From Chitinophagales bacterium (GTDB lineage Bacteria > Bacteroidota > Bacteroidia > Chitinophagales > LD1), in NCBI GenBank assembly GCA_016786765.1, contig JAEUUZ010000022.1, positions 34,443-98,442 of the forward strand: a stretch of 64,000 nucleotides of DNA. Direction: 5' to 3'. A program made the position numbers and the translations under genes. Shown here in pieces: positions 1-10,194 of this stretch (position 1 is the stretch's first letter; each line of letters starts with the position of its first letter). The notes beneath the pieces are model-generated. The model saw nothing but the letters and a program-made list of their open reading frames with translations, was not told where the DNA came from and did no database searches.

Positions 1-330
1 TGTTTGAGAAGGTACAGTAAATGCTGTTCCGTTTGCATCAATTTTACCGTTTAATAAATAAGTGTCTCCTCCAATTGTGTAAGAGAAGTTAAAGTTCTGA
101 ACATCAGAAGCGTTAGACGATACAGATACAATCAAGTCTGTAATTGTAAAAGATCCACTTGTGTTCACAGCTGTTCCTGAAGTTTTGTAGTTGCCATAGT
201 ATTTAGTTCTTACTTCAGTTTTGCAGTCAGAACCTTCATAACCTGCATCACAAGTTTTTGTACATGAAGAAGTAGTAACTAACATCGCTGATACAGCACC
301 AATCATCAAAAAGTTTAATAGTTTTTTCAT
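1..330 (-). CDS. Predicted lipoprotein with a short EGF-like Cys motif (partial, runs off window start; not in the supplied ORF track)
   Basis: Manual translation from ATG at 330: MKKLLNFLMIGAVSAMLVTTSSCTKTCDAGYEGSDCKTEVRTKYYGNY..., open to base 1. Lipobox-like SSC followed by CDAGYEGSDC. Confidence 0.8.
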   Translation of the reverse strand, partial: MKKLLNFLMIGAVSAMLVTTSSCTKTCDAGYEGSDCKTEVRTKYYGNYKTSGTAVNTSGSFTITDLIVSVSSNASDVQNFNFSYTIGGDTYLLNGKIDANGTAFTVPSQT

Positions 331-352
331 TTTTTTTGTTTTTAAGTTTTTG

Positions 353-360
353 CAAAAGTA
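353..360 (-). promoter_or_regulatory. Bacteroidota -7 promoter box (TACTTTTG) for the lipoprotein gene
   Basis: Matches the TAnnTTTG consensus, about 23 nt upstream of the ATG at 330. Confidence 0.55.
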
Positions 361-465
361 ATATTTCCCGACAAACATTTCAAATAGCATGCCATTTTTT
401 TGTTGGTAAAATGCAGAAGTTTAATTATTTACTACCAAATCATTATTAAACTTGTGAAAATTCAC

Positions 466-473
466 TAAATTTG
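466..473 (+). promoter_or_regulatory. Bacteroidota -7 promoter box (TAAATTTG) for the T9SS cargo operon
   Basis: TAnnTTTG consensus 20 nt upstream of the ATG at 494; divergent from the box at 353-360. Confidence 0.55.
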
Positions 474-493
474 TCGGATAACTTTTATTCAAG

Positions 494-3400
494 ATGGTAA
501 AAATCTATTCTTCAATACTGCTTGTATTCGTATTGAGTTTTTTAACTGCCAATAAGGCTGTGGCGTCTCACGCTCAAGGTGCAGACATTTCTTACGAATG
601 TTTAGGAAATAATCAATACAAGATTATTTATCAGTTTTATCGTGATTGTAGCGGTATTTCAGCATCAACAAGTGTTATAGCCGATATAACATCTACGTGC
701 GGTACAACAACTGTTACGCTGAATCCCGATCCGCTTTATCCTACAACAGAGGTGTCTCAACTTTGTCCTTCTGCTACAAGTACTTGTAACGGTGGAACGA
801 ATCCCGGAGTTCAGGTGTATACCTACACTGCAATTGTAACGCTTCTTCCTAATTGTATCTATACGGTTAGTTATGGAGAATGTTGCAGAAATACATCAAA
901 TAATTTGGCGAGTTCCCAAAGTTTTGACTTATATGTTGAGACAACAATAAACACTAATAATGCCTTATGTAATAACGGACCTCGTTTCACTACTTATCCT
1001 GTACCTTACTATTGTATCGGTAGTCAATACAGCTACAGCCACGGAACGTATGATATCGATGGCGATTCATTGGTGTATTCATTGATAGCCCCTTTGCAAT
1101 CTTCAGGTACTGTGATAGGCTACACTGCTCCTTATTCTCCTACGAATCCAATGCCAACGGCATCCGGATTTTTATTCGATTCTCAAACTGGACAAATGAC
1201 ATTCACCCCCACAACTGCAGGGAATTATGTTGTTACAGTTAAAGTGGATGAGTACAGAAATGGGGTATTGATTGGAACGACAATGCGTGATATTCAATTT
1301 GTTGTTTTAAGTTGTACAAACACTCCGCCTATTATCAATGGAAACATTACTACATCGAATTCATCTGGCGGTGCAGTAATTGACTACAACTCTTTAGGTG
1401 TTTGTCCTGGTGCAACTGTAACGTTTAGTATCACTGCTTATGATCCAACACAACAACCTATAACTGTAACTTCTAATGTTGCTACTTCTATTCCAGGGGC
1501 CACGTTAGTTACAACCCCACTTAAAGGAACCAATGACTCCGTTCGTGTAACTTTTACTTGGACACCAGCACCTTCTGATTCTGGGTTCAGATATTTTACA
1601 ATAACAGTTAAAGATAATCAATGTCCTATTACAGGTAATCAAGTGTTTACCTACGATATTACTGTTTTACGGGGAGTAAATGCTGGCCCTGATAAAGCCT
1701 ATTGTCCTGAAGGAGGTCCAACCTCAGTTACCGTTACAGGAGGGAATCATTTCTCTTGGACAGCTTTAGGTGGCGGCCCTGCAGTAGGTATGGTGAGTGC
1801 AAATACGGATAGTAATGTTGTTTCATTCGCTCCTGCTGTAACAACAACTTATGTCGTTAAAAGTGATTTAACCGGTGGATGTAAAGATCGGGATACCATT
1901 ACTATTTTTCGAGTTCCCGGATTCAGTTCTAATTTGACGGTGGACGATGATACGATATGTTTGAACGGAACTTCAACATTAACAGTTCATGCATATCCTG
2001 ATAGTGTTGGACCTTTTACCTATACTTGGACTCCAACAGCTACTATTATAAGTTTAATTGATTCGAATGCAACAGTTAAACCAACCACTAATACTACCTA
2101 TGTTGTTCAAATAACCTCAGCCAGTGGATGTATTGTAGTTAAAGATAGCGCGCGAATCATCATTAATGGCACTGGTCCGCAGGTTCTATTGTCTTCCGAC
2201 AAAGATTACATCTGTCCAGGAGATACTATTGCTATTACCACTAATATAAGTGCAGTAAATTGTGGTTTAACGCCTGGAGGTAGCGGAAGCGCTTGCCCTG
2301 GAGGAAGTACCTTTATTAGCCGAACTGTTGGTGCAGGAACTGCAACAGGAACAACTGTTACTCCGTATCGTGGTTTTTGGCATGATGGTCGAGTTCAATA
2401 TCTCTTCAAAGCGAATGAACTCCAGGCACTTGGATTGACAGCAGGAACAATTACGGACCTTGCGTTTTTCATCTCTTCAAAAGCGAGTACCGCAGACTAT
2501 AATAACTTTACCATAAAAATGGGATGTACTAGTTTGAGCCAACTCACTACTTCATTTGTTGGAGGTCTTCAAACTGTAGCTAATCCTATTACTTATACCA
2601 GTTATGCAGGTTCAAACCCACATATTCTAGACAATCCTTACGATTGGGATGGTTTCTCTAACCTAATTGTAGAGGTCTGTTTCGATAATAGTGGGTATAC
2701 CCAATACGATGCAGTTCAATATACTACAAACGTGTTTGCTGGGGCTTCACTAATTGAAGATGCCGACAATGCTGCAGGTTGTAGTTTTCCTACAGGTATA
2801 CTCAGTCCTGATAGACCAAACATTACTTTCGGTATGTGTAACCCGCCTGTATTGGGATATACCTTTAATTGGTCGCAATTAGCCGGAACAAGTCCACTTA
2901 CGTGTACAACATGCCAGAACCCTAAAGTGGCATTATATAATGATGGTACTTACAAATTAGATGTTGTTGATCAAAATGGATGTAGTGGAGAAGCGTTAAT
3001 AAACTTGCATGTTAATCAAAGTACTGCAATTTCAGCAGGAAGAGATACTTCACTTTGTACTGCAGGTGGGGTTCAGTTAAATGTGGCCCAACTTAATCCT
3101 CAACCGCTAGTTTGTATTCAAAATTACAGTATACAGGCTGTTCCATATAGCGCTCTTCTTCCTACCGGTGCAACTACCAATATTCCGGCTGGTGACCAAA
3201 CCATCTCAGGGATGTTACCCATCGGTTTCAATTTTGATTTCTATTGTACTACCTACACTACTTTTGCAGCAAGTGGGAATGGTTTCATTACATTCTTAAC
3301 GGGTCAGCCTTATGCTGATTTTAGCTCAACAATTCCAACTGCCGGAACACCAAACGGTTTAATCGCATTATGTTGGGATGATTTGAACGCTTCAACCGGT

Positions 3401-6205
3401 GGTACAGTTGATTATTTTGTTAGAGGTACAGCTCCAAATCGTGTTTTAGTGGTTCGTTACAATAATGTTCGTCACTATGCAAGTACCAATACCATAAATG
3501 GAGAAATTCACTTGTTTGAAACATCTAACGTTATTGAGATTATGACACAATCTCAAAATGATGCAGGTACACATGCTCAAGGTATTGAGAATGCAGCGGG
3601 TACAGCCGGAGTTGCAGTACCTGGGCGTAATTCCCAATCATGGACAGTTTCGTCTCCTGATGGGTATCGTTTCACTCCACAATATAGTGGTGTTGCTCCG
3701 GTTAGCTATAGTTGGACTCCTGGTTTAGGGCTTAGTTCAACTACTATCGCTAATCCGATTGCAACTCCAACTTCATCTACTTGCTATGCAGGTGCCATCA
3801 CGTATACAAATGGTTGTGTGGTAAGAGATACAGTTTGTATTAATATCGGTTCTTTCCCTCACTCTGTATCGGTACTTCCTGATACGATTTGTGCAGGTGA
3901 TACAGCTCAACTTAATTTTACAGGAGCTGGAGTTACTTATGCATGGACGCCAGCTGCTAATGTCACTAATCCGGCAATTGCAAATCCCAAAGCAACGGTG
4001 TTAAACACAACTAAATTCTTTGTTACTGCAACAAACGCTCAAGGTTGTTCAGCATTTGATTCTGTAACATTAAAAGTTCGTCCGTATACACCCGTAACGT
4101 TAAGAAGCGACACAAGTGTTTGTCCGGGAGATTCATTATCTATTACAGTTCCTGGCGGTCCATATACTTCTTACGAATGGTATTCTTTGGCAACCGGCAG
4201 TACTATCATTAGCACATCTCCATCTATAACAACATTACCGGGTAATGGGTATTATGTTAAAGTTCAGAAACCGGGTATTTGTCCGGTTTACTCCGACACA
4301 TTTACTTTAAGTCAATATTCACTTGGCACTATATCAACATCTGGCGATACTTCAATTTGTAATGGAACTTCTTTAGTACTTAATGCTACAGCGGGTATTT
4401 CCAATATTCTTTGGTCAAATAGTGCTACAACTTCATCTATCACTGTAAGTAGTGCTGGCGATTATTTCTATTCCGGTCAAGACATTAATGGTTGTTTATT
4501 ATATTCTGATACAACTACTCTTACTGTTATTGCTCCGCCTATAATCACTTTTGCACCTGTTGCAAATCCTGTTTGTCCATATGATGTTGCTCTTTTAGAT
4601 GCCGGCAGTATTGCAGGTGTAACCTATACATGGAATCCTGGAAATATTGTTACTCCAATATTATCCGTAACTACATCAGGGAATTACATTGTAACTGCAA
4701 ATGCGAATGGTTGCTCTACTACTGATTCTATACTTGTAAACTTTGCACCTGCACCAACAGTTACTCTACCGGCTGCTGATCAAACACTATGCCCTTCTGA
4801 TTCATTCTTAATTCCTGTCTCTGGAGGTTCATTCTCCAGCTATGCATGGCATTCGGCATCTAGTGGTGCTATTGTGCAAACAGGAAATCCATTCTATGGA
4901 AAACCTGTAGATTCTTTCTATGTAGAAGTAAGTGATGCGAATGGTTGCGTATTTACATCCGATACATTTGCTGTTTATGCAAAAGTAATTCCTCAGTTGT
5001 TGCCTTTAGCCAATCAAGGTTTGTGTCAGGGTCAATCGGCAACTTTGTTGGGAACAACTGGATTAACGAATGTGTTATGGTCGCCAAATGGAGAAACAAC
5101 TCAAGACATTACGGTTTCAACAGCAGGTCAATATTCGTATACCGCTTTAGCGAATGGCTGTATAGTGAACTCTAATGTAGCTGTAGTAACAGTCACTTCG
5201 CAACCGGTGATTACTTTCAATAGCTTTAAAAACCCGGTTTGTCCTGGCGAAACAGTTACCATAAATGCAGGTTTAGTTCCTGGTGTAACCTATACATGGT
5301 CACCGGGTGGTTTAGCCGATTCAATTACAACAGGAGTAGGAACTGTTTCAGTTGTTGCTGATAACAATGGCTGTACGGCTACACTATCAACAACAGTTAA
5401 CGCTGCACAAAGTCCAATTGTTACCTTACCTACAGATATTGATGTTTGTGATTGTAGTTTAGATACAATTATTCAGGCGAGTGTTTCAACATTAGCAACA
5501 CCTGTTACTTACCAGTGGAGTGGAACAGGGTCAATCAATCCTTCTTCAGTCGATACCTTGCATGTTACTGCTTCTGGTGCTTACACAGTAACGGTTACGG
5601 ATGCAAATAATTGTACTGCTACAGCTACTTATTCTGCTAAAGCATGGTGTTTAAATATCGATGCGAAAGTAGATGGTCAGAATACAATAAATACAGGTCA
5701 AACGGCACAATTGAATGCAGTAGTAGTGAACTCTAATTACACACCTACATTGTCGTATGTTTGGCAACCGGGTACTACGCTTACCGATTCATTAATTCAA
5801 AATCCTAAAGCTAGTCCTACTGCTACTACAACATACATCGTTTATGTTGCTGATAATGTTCACAACTGTACAGCATTTGATACCATAACAATCGGTGTAA
5901 TCCCTCCAGGACTTTATGCTATACCAACAGGCTTTACACCAAATGGTGATGGACAAAACGATTATTTCTATCCATATTTCTCTCCGGGCTCAACAGTAAG
6001 TGTTATAAGTATGCGAATCTACAACCGTTGGGGTCAATTGATTTACAGCGGCCCAAGCTCACCGGGATGGGATGGGAAAATTAATGGTGTAGATGCACCG
6101 GTTGATACGTACACATACTATTTAGAAATTGCTGTTCCGGATGCGAATAGCCCATCTGGAGTAACTACATTCTTAAAAGCAGGAAGTTTCGCTATAATCA
6201 GATAA
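494..6205 (+). CDS. Large Cys-rich surface protein with T9SS type-B (gliding motility-associated, CHU_C) C-terminal sorting domain
   Basis: Signal peptide followed by SHAQGADISYECLG...FYRDC. C-terminus IPTGFTPNGDGQNDYF...IYNRWGQLIY...WDG is typical of type-B CTDs. Repeated Ig-like Y(S/T)W..P modules. Confidence 0.92.
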   Translation: MVKIYSSILLVFVLSFLTANKAVASHAQGADISYECLGNNQYKIIYQFYRDCSGISASTSVIADITSTCGTTTVTLNPDPLYPTTEVSQLCPSATSTCNGGTNPGVQVYTYTAIVTLLPNCIYTVSYGECCRNTSNNLASSQSFDLYVETTINTNNALCNNGPRFTTYPVPYYCIGSQYSYSHGTYDIDGDSLVYSLIAPLQSSGTVIGYTAPYSPTNPMPTASGFLFDSQTGQMTFTPTTAGNYVVTVKVDEYRNGVLIGTTMRDIQFVVLSCTNTPPIINGNITTSNSSGGAVIDYNSLGVCPGATVTFSITAYDPTQQPITVTSNVATSIPGATLVTTPLKGTNDSVRVTFTWTPAPSDSGFRYFTITVKDNQCPITGNQVFTYDITVLRGVNAGPDKAYCPEGGPTSVTVTGGNHFSWTALGGGPAVGMVSANTDSNVVSFAPAVTTTYVVKSDLTGGCKDRDTITIFRVPGFSSNLTVDDDTICLNGTSTLTVHAYPDSVGPFTYTWTPTATIISLIDSNATVKPTTNTTYVVQITSASGCIVVKDSARIIINGTGPQVLLSSDKDYICPGDTIAITTNISAVNCGLTPGGSGSACPGGSTFISRTVGAGTATGTTVTPYRGFWHDGRVQYLFKANELQALGLTAGTITDLAFFISSKASTADYNNFTIKMGCTSLSQLTTSFVGGLQTVANPITYTSYAGSNPHILDNPYDWDGFSNLIVEVCFDNSGYTQYDAVQYTTNVFAGASLIEDADNAAGCSFPTGILSPDRPNITFGMCNPPVLGYTFNWSQLAGTSPLTCTTCQNPKVALYNDGTYKLDVVDQNGCSGEALINLHVNQSTAISAGRDTSLCTAGGVQLNVAQLNPQPLVCIQNYSIQAVPYSALLPTGATTNIPAGDQTISGMLPIGFNFDFYCTTYTTFAASGNGFITFLTGQPYADFSSTIPTAGTPNGLIALCWDDLNASTGGTVDYFVRGTAPNRVLVVRYNNVRHYASTNTINGEIHLFETSNVIEIMTQSQNDAGTHAQGIENAAGTAGVAVPGRNSQSWTVSSPDGYRFTPQYSGVAPVSYSWTPGLGLSSTTIANPIATPTSSTCYAGAITYTNGCVVRDTVCINIGSFPHSVSVLPDTICAGDTAQLNFTGAGVTYAWTPAANVTNPAIANPKATVLNTTKFFVTATNAQGCSAFDSVTLKVRPYTPVTLRSDTSVCPGDSLSITVPGGPYTSYEWYSLATGSTIISTSPSITTLPGNGYYVKVQKPGICPVYSDTFTLSQYSLGTISTSGDTSICNGTSLVLNATAGISNILWSNSATTSSITVSSAGDYFYSGQDINGCLLYSDTTTLTVIAPPIITFAPVANPVCPYDVALLDAGSIAGVTYTWNPGNIVTPILSVTTSGNYIVTANANGCSTTDSILVNFAPAPTVTLPAADQTLCPSDSFLIPVSGGSFSSYAWHSASSGAIVQTGNPFYGKPVDSFYVEVSDANGCVFTSDTFAVYAKVIPQLLPLANQGLCQGQSATLLGTTGLTNVLWSPNGETTQDITVSTAGQYSYTALANGCIVNSNVAVVTVTSQPVITFNSFKNPVCPGETVTINAGLVPGVTYTWSPGGLADSITTGVGTVSVVADNNGCTATLSTTVNAAQSPIVTLPTDIDVCDCSLDTIIQASVSTLATPVTYQWSGTGSINPSSVDTLHVTASGAYTVTVTDANNCTATATYSAKAWCLNIDAKVDGQNTINTGQTAQLNAVVVNSNYTPTLSYVWQPGTTLTDSLIQNPKASPTATTTYIVYVADNVHNCTAFDTITIGVIPPGLYAIPTGFTPNGDGQNDYFYPYFSPGSTVSVISMRIYNRWGQLIYSGPSSPGWDGKINGVDAPVDTYTYYLEIAVPDANSPSGVTTFLKAGSFAIIR

Positions 6206-6270
6206 ATAATTTTTTTTAATCAATTTTAAATACGATAATTGTGGCACTAATAAATAACCAAACAATCAAC

Positions 6271-7368
6271 ATGAGGAAATCTCTACTCATTGCAAGTGTG
6301 TTATTCATGTCCTTGACCTCTTTCGCTCAGGATATACACTTTTCTCAGTATTACGCTTCACCCCTCACACTCAATCCTGCATTAGTAGGTAAGTTTGATG
6401 GAACATGGAGAGCTACTGGTATTTATCGCGGACAATGGTTTTTGCCTAAAGATATTCAGCCATTTTCTACTGTCTCTGCTTCTGTTGATTTTGGCTTATT
6501 AAAGGACAAAATGAAAGGTAATGTTTTGGGTGTTGGCTTAGTAGCAACTAACGATATGCAAAATTTCATGGCAGTTAGTGGTGACCCAAGTGGTGCTGCT
6601 AATGGTAAGAAAAGCACTATCAATACTACCAAGATTGCCTTATCTTTAGGATACACACTTGGTTTCGGAAAAAATAAAAGTACGCAATTATCTATCGGTT
6701 TTCAACCTGCCGTTGAGTTTAGAAAATTGAATTTTGATTATACTTTCGACAAAGGATTCAATCCGGATTTGAGTTATACGGCAGCGAATAGTGGTGAGCA
6801 ATTAGCATTTCCTTCTAAAACAACGTTTAACTTTAATGCAGGTTTGTTTTTCAATACAAAGCCACTCGATTGGATGACTTTTTATGCTGGGTACTCCATG
6901 TTTAATATTGCACGTCCAACAGATACTTATTTGCAAACATCGATTACTGCAGGCAATAATTACAAACGTCCCTTCCGACATGCTGCTTCAGCAGGTTTTG
7001 AATTCGAATTGAAGAAGAAATTTTTGATTATTCCTGGTGCCTATTTCCAGTATATGGCTAAAGCAACTGAAACTGATTTAGGGGTTACTTTAGGCTATAA
7101 AATTTTGAACACTGACGAAAAATCGGCTATTTTATTCTTAGGATGCTGGGGACGTGTTGGAAGAGATATTATCCCGAAAATTGGATTCGAATACAACAAA
7201 TTCCGTTTTGGCGCTGCATTTGATGTACGATTAACGCAATTACAAAAAGATACGAAGTCGGCTATTGCACAATCTAGTCAACCTATTGCATTTGAAATTA
7301 GTTTGGCCTACATTGGCGGTCTTACTAAACTTAAAGAAAACAACTACCTATTCAACCCACGATACTAG
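6271..7368 (+). CDS. PorP/SprF family T9SS outer-membrane protein
   Basis: QDIHFSQYYASPLTLNPAL N-terminal signature; directly follows a type-B cargo gene. ATG at 6271 preferred over GTG at 6241. Confidence 0.9.
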   Translation: MRKSLLIASVLFMSLTSFAQDIHFSQYYASPLTLNPALVGKFDGTWRATGIYRGQWFLPKDIQPFSTVSASVDFGLLKDKMKGNVLGVGLVATNDMQNFMAVSGDPSGAANGKKSTINTTKIALSLGYTLGFGKNKSTQLSIGFQPAVEFRKLNFDYTFDKGFNPDLSYTAANSGEQLAFPSKTTFNFNAGLFFNTKPLDWMTFYAGYSMFNIARPTDTYLQTSITAGNNYKRPFRHAASAGFEFELKKKFLIIPGAYFQYMAKATETDLGVTLGYKILNTDEKSAILFLGCWGRVGRDIIPKIGFEYNKFRFGAAFDVRLTQLQKDTKSAIAQSSQPIAFEISLAYIGGLTKLKENNYLFNPRY

Positions 7369-7403
7369 AATTTAAAAACTTTAGAACCCAATACCTAAAT
7401 AAG

Positions 7404-9473
7404 ATGAAAAAGATAATTATTGCGCTGTTGCCTTTCATAGTATTGACTGCCAAAGCACAAGAAGAGGAGAAACCAAGCCAAAAGGTAGAAAAATTCCCAA
7501 AAGTTAGTGTTCGGAAAAAGAAGAAAATTGCTGAGACTTTGGTGAAGCAAGGGAGCTACTATAATGCATCGGAGTATTATGAAGATGTTTTGAAAGCAAA
7601 GCCTGATAATATTAAGGTTATTCATCAATTAGCTGAAATAAATCGAAGTCTTCGTGATTATAAATTGGCGGAGAAATATTATGCACTCGAAATCGAAAAG
7701 GACAAAGATAAATGGCCTAACGATATGTTCTTTTTGGGACAGATGCAAAAAATGAACGGTAAGTATGATGATGCTAAAAAAACTTTTCAAGACTATTTGA
7801 AGGTTAAGTTAGATAAAGACGAAAAAAGCTACAAGAGTCTTGCTAAAACTGAAATTATTGGATGTGATTCTTCAGCAGCTTGGTTGAACAATCCATATAA
7901 AATTAAGGTTGAGCATGAAGAGGGTATCATCAATAACGTATTGACCGACTTTGCTCCAAAACCATTAAGCGGTGGTCGTTTATTGTATTCATCACTAAAA
8001 TCGGATACTGCGATTAACGTAACTAAGAGTGATCATGATTATTATGCTAAATTATTCATGGCTACACGTGATGGGAAAAATTGGAAAGACGATACTAAAT
8101 TCGCCTATCCACCGAACGATTCTAAGACACACGTAGGTAATGGTTTACTTTCTGCAGATGAGAATACATTGATTTACACGAAATGTGATCAAACGGAGTT
8201 GGTGAGAATGCGTTGTAAACTTTTCAGAGTTACTAAACAAGGATCAGAATGGTCTAATCCTGAAGAGTTGAAAACATTGAATACTCCAACCGGAACCACA
8301 ACGCAACCTGCATTCGGTGTAGATAAAGATGGAAAAGATATCTTGTATTTTGTTTCTGATCGCGGTGGAAAAGGGGGATTAGATATTTTTTATGCTGAAG
8401 TTCAAGATGGCGGTAAATTCGGACCGGTTAAAAATGCAGGTTCTGAAATCAATACATCAGGAGATGAGTTCTCTCCTTATTTTGACAAAACTAGTAAAGC
8501 ATTTTATTTCTCTTCTAATGGTCACCCGGGTTTAGGCGGACTAGATGTCTTCAGAGCAAATGGAGCACCGGAGAGTTGGGGTATTGCTTATAACATGGGC
8601 GCTCCTGTAAACTCTTCTTGCGATGATATTTATTTCATTTTAGATGATAAAGGAAAAAGAGGTTATGAAGTATCTAACCGTCCAGGCACTAAAACGATTC
8701 GTGGCGAAACATGTTGCGATGATATCTGGAGTGTAGCGGTTAAAGAAGAAGTTGTGTTGAAAGGTATTTTCGCACTTCGTTCAGACCCTAGCCAAACACC
8801 AGTTAACGGTGTAGAAGCTTCATTGTATAAAGTAGATGGCAAAAACTTTGATTTCATCGGCACTCAAGTTACCGCTAATAGTAGTCCTTTCTATTACAAT
8901 TTGAAGCGTGGAGATAAATTCAAAATTAATGGTAATAAAGAAGGTTACTGGCCTGCTGTAGAGAATATCTCTGTAAATGAGAATGAGGAGCGCGATACTA
9001 TCTATCAAGTATTCTTTATCGATAAAATTGAGAAGAAAAAAGTTAAGATTGAAAATATCTATTTCGAATTTGACAAATCTTTGGTTATCGATTACTATAA
9101 ATTCAAATTGGATTCGGTATTCGGTGTGATGATGCAAAATCCTGGTTATAGTTTAGAAATTCAAGGCCATACCGATAGCAAAGGATCAGATGCTTATAAC
9201 GATAAGTTATCTCAGAATCGTGCAAACGAGGCTAAAGCTTACCTTGTTGGAAAAGGAATAACAACTGAACGTATTGTGGCAAAAGGTTACGGAGAAAAAG
9301 TGCCTTTAGCTCCAAACGAAAAGGATGGTAAAGATGATCCAGAAGGTCGTGCACGCAACAGACGTGTTGAATTTAAAATCTTACCAGATAAACCTGAAGA
9401 GGCTCCGGAAATTCAGTATGATCCTACTGAACCTGTTCCGCAAACAAAAACAGGTCCCGGTTTTGATAAATAA
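7404..9473 (+). CDS. PorE-like TPR + PD40 beta-propeller + OmpA-domain protein
   Basis: N-terminal TPR-like helices, PD40 motifs (YFVSDRGGKGGLDIF, YFSSNGHPGLGGLDVF), C-terminal IQGHTDSKGSDAYNDKLSQNRA...RNRRVEF. Confidence 0.88.
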   Translation: MKKIIIALLPFIVLTAKAQEEEKPSQKVEKFPKVSVRKKKKIAETLVKQGSYYNASEYYEDVLKAKPDNIKVIHQLAEINRSLRDYKLAEKYYALEIEKDKDKWPNDMFFLGQMQKMNGKYDDAKKTFQDYLKVKLDKDEKSYKSLAKTEIIGCDSSAAWLNNPYKIKVEHEEGIINNVLTDFAPKPLSGGRLLYSSLKSDTAINVTKSDHDYYAKLFMATRDGKNWKDDTKFAYPPNDSKTHVGNGLLSADENTLIYTKCDQTELVRMRCKLFRVTKQGSEWSNPEELKTLNTPTGTTTQPAFGVDKDGKDILYFVSDRGGKGGLDIFYAEVQDGGKFGPVKNAGSEINTSGDEFSPYFDKTSKAFYFSSNGHPGLGGLDVFRANGAPESWGIAYNMGAPVNSSCDDIYFILDDKGKRGYEVSNRPGTKTIRGETCCDDIWSVAVKEEVVLKGIFALRSDPSQTPVNGVEASLYKVDGKNFDFIGTQVTANSSPFYYNLKRGDKFKINGNKEGYWPAVENISVNENEERDTIYQVFFIDKIEKKKVKIENIYFEFDKSLVIDYYKFKLDSVFGVMMQNPGYSLEIQGHTDSKGSDAYNDKLSQNRANEAKAYLVGKGITTERIVAKGYGEKVPLAPNEKDGKDDPEGRARNRRVEFKILPDKPEEAPEIQYDPTEPVPQTKTGPGFDK

Positions 9474-9484
9474 TATCTAACTAT

Positions 9485-9516
9485 AAAAAAGGCTACCATC
9501 AATGGTAGCCTTTTTT
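9485..9516. terminator. Bidirectional intrinsic terminator
   Basis: AAAAAAGGCTACCAT-CA-ATGGTAGCCTTTTTT, a perfect inverted repeat between convergent genes. Confidence 0.85.
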
Positions 9517-9559
9517 ATTTATTTTAAACTGTTCATTTTTTGAACTTTCCAACTTCTGA

Positions 9560-10081
9560 TTAATAGGTAGAATTGCCAATTCCAATCGATTTTAGTTTTG
9601 ATTGCATTTCTTTACGTGCAAGAAAAATTCTTGATTTAACTGTGCCAATAGGTAGATTTAGCTGTTCTGCTATTTCATTGTATTTATACCCGTTGAAGTA
9701 CATTAAGAACGGAGCAGCTATATCTTGGCTAATTGTTTTTAGTATACCATTCAATTCTTGCTTTAATATTTCATTTTCACCATCGTTGCGTACTTTATTG
9801 CGCATACTGTCAATCAGGAACTGATTTTCAGAACCGTCAAGTATAGTTGGCCGTTTAGCATTCTTACGGTAGTTGTTGATGAAGATATTTTTCATAATGG
9901 TCATTAACCAAGCTTTGAAATTAGTTCCCGATTGGAACTTATCTCTATACAGCAAAGCTCTGTAGATCGTATCCTGAAATAGATCCTCTCCTTCAGCTGT
10001 ATCTTTTGTTAAAGAATATGCAAAAGGTTTTAGCGCATACTCGTAATTCACTAGTTGGGTTGAAAATTCTATAGCAGTCAT
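9560..10081 (-). CDS. ECF-type RNA polymerase sigma-70 factor
   Basis: Region 2 EDLFQDT...FKAWLMTIMKNIFIN and region 4 YNEIAEQLNLPIGTVKSRIFLAR. Confidence 0.92.
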   Translation of the reverse strand: MTAIEFSTQLVNYEYALKPFAYSLTKDTAEGEDLFQDTIYRALLYRDKFQSGTNFKAWLMTIMKNIFINNYRKNAKRPTILDGSENQFLIDSMRNKVRNDGENEILKQELNGILKTISQDIAAPFLMYFNGYKYNEIAEQLNLPIGTVKSRIFLARKEMQSKLKSIGIGNSTY

Positions 10082-10108
10082 GTTTAATTTTTTAATTTAA
10101 AGATTAAA

Positions 10109-10116
10109 CAAAAGTA
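10109..10116 (-). promoter_or_regulatory. -7 promoter box (TACTTTTG) upstream of the ECF sigma gene
   Basis: TAnnTTTG consensus 28 nt upstream of the ATG. Confidence 0.5.
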
Positions 10117-10194
10117 GCTATATAGATTTTAAAAACAAAATATGTTTAATGTTATTATTTGTAAAATAAACAAAAAAGGATGCATAATTATCGC

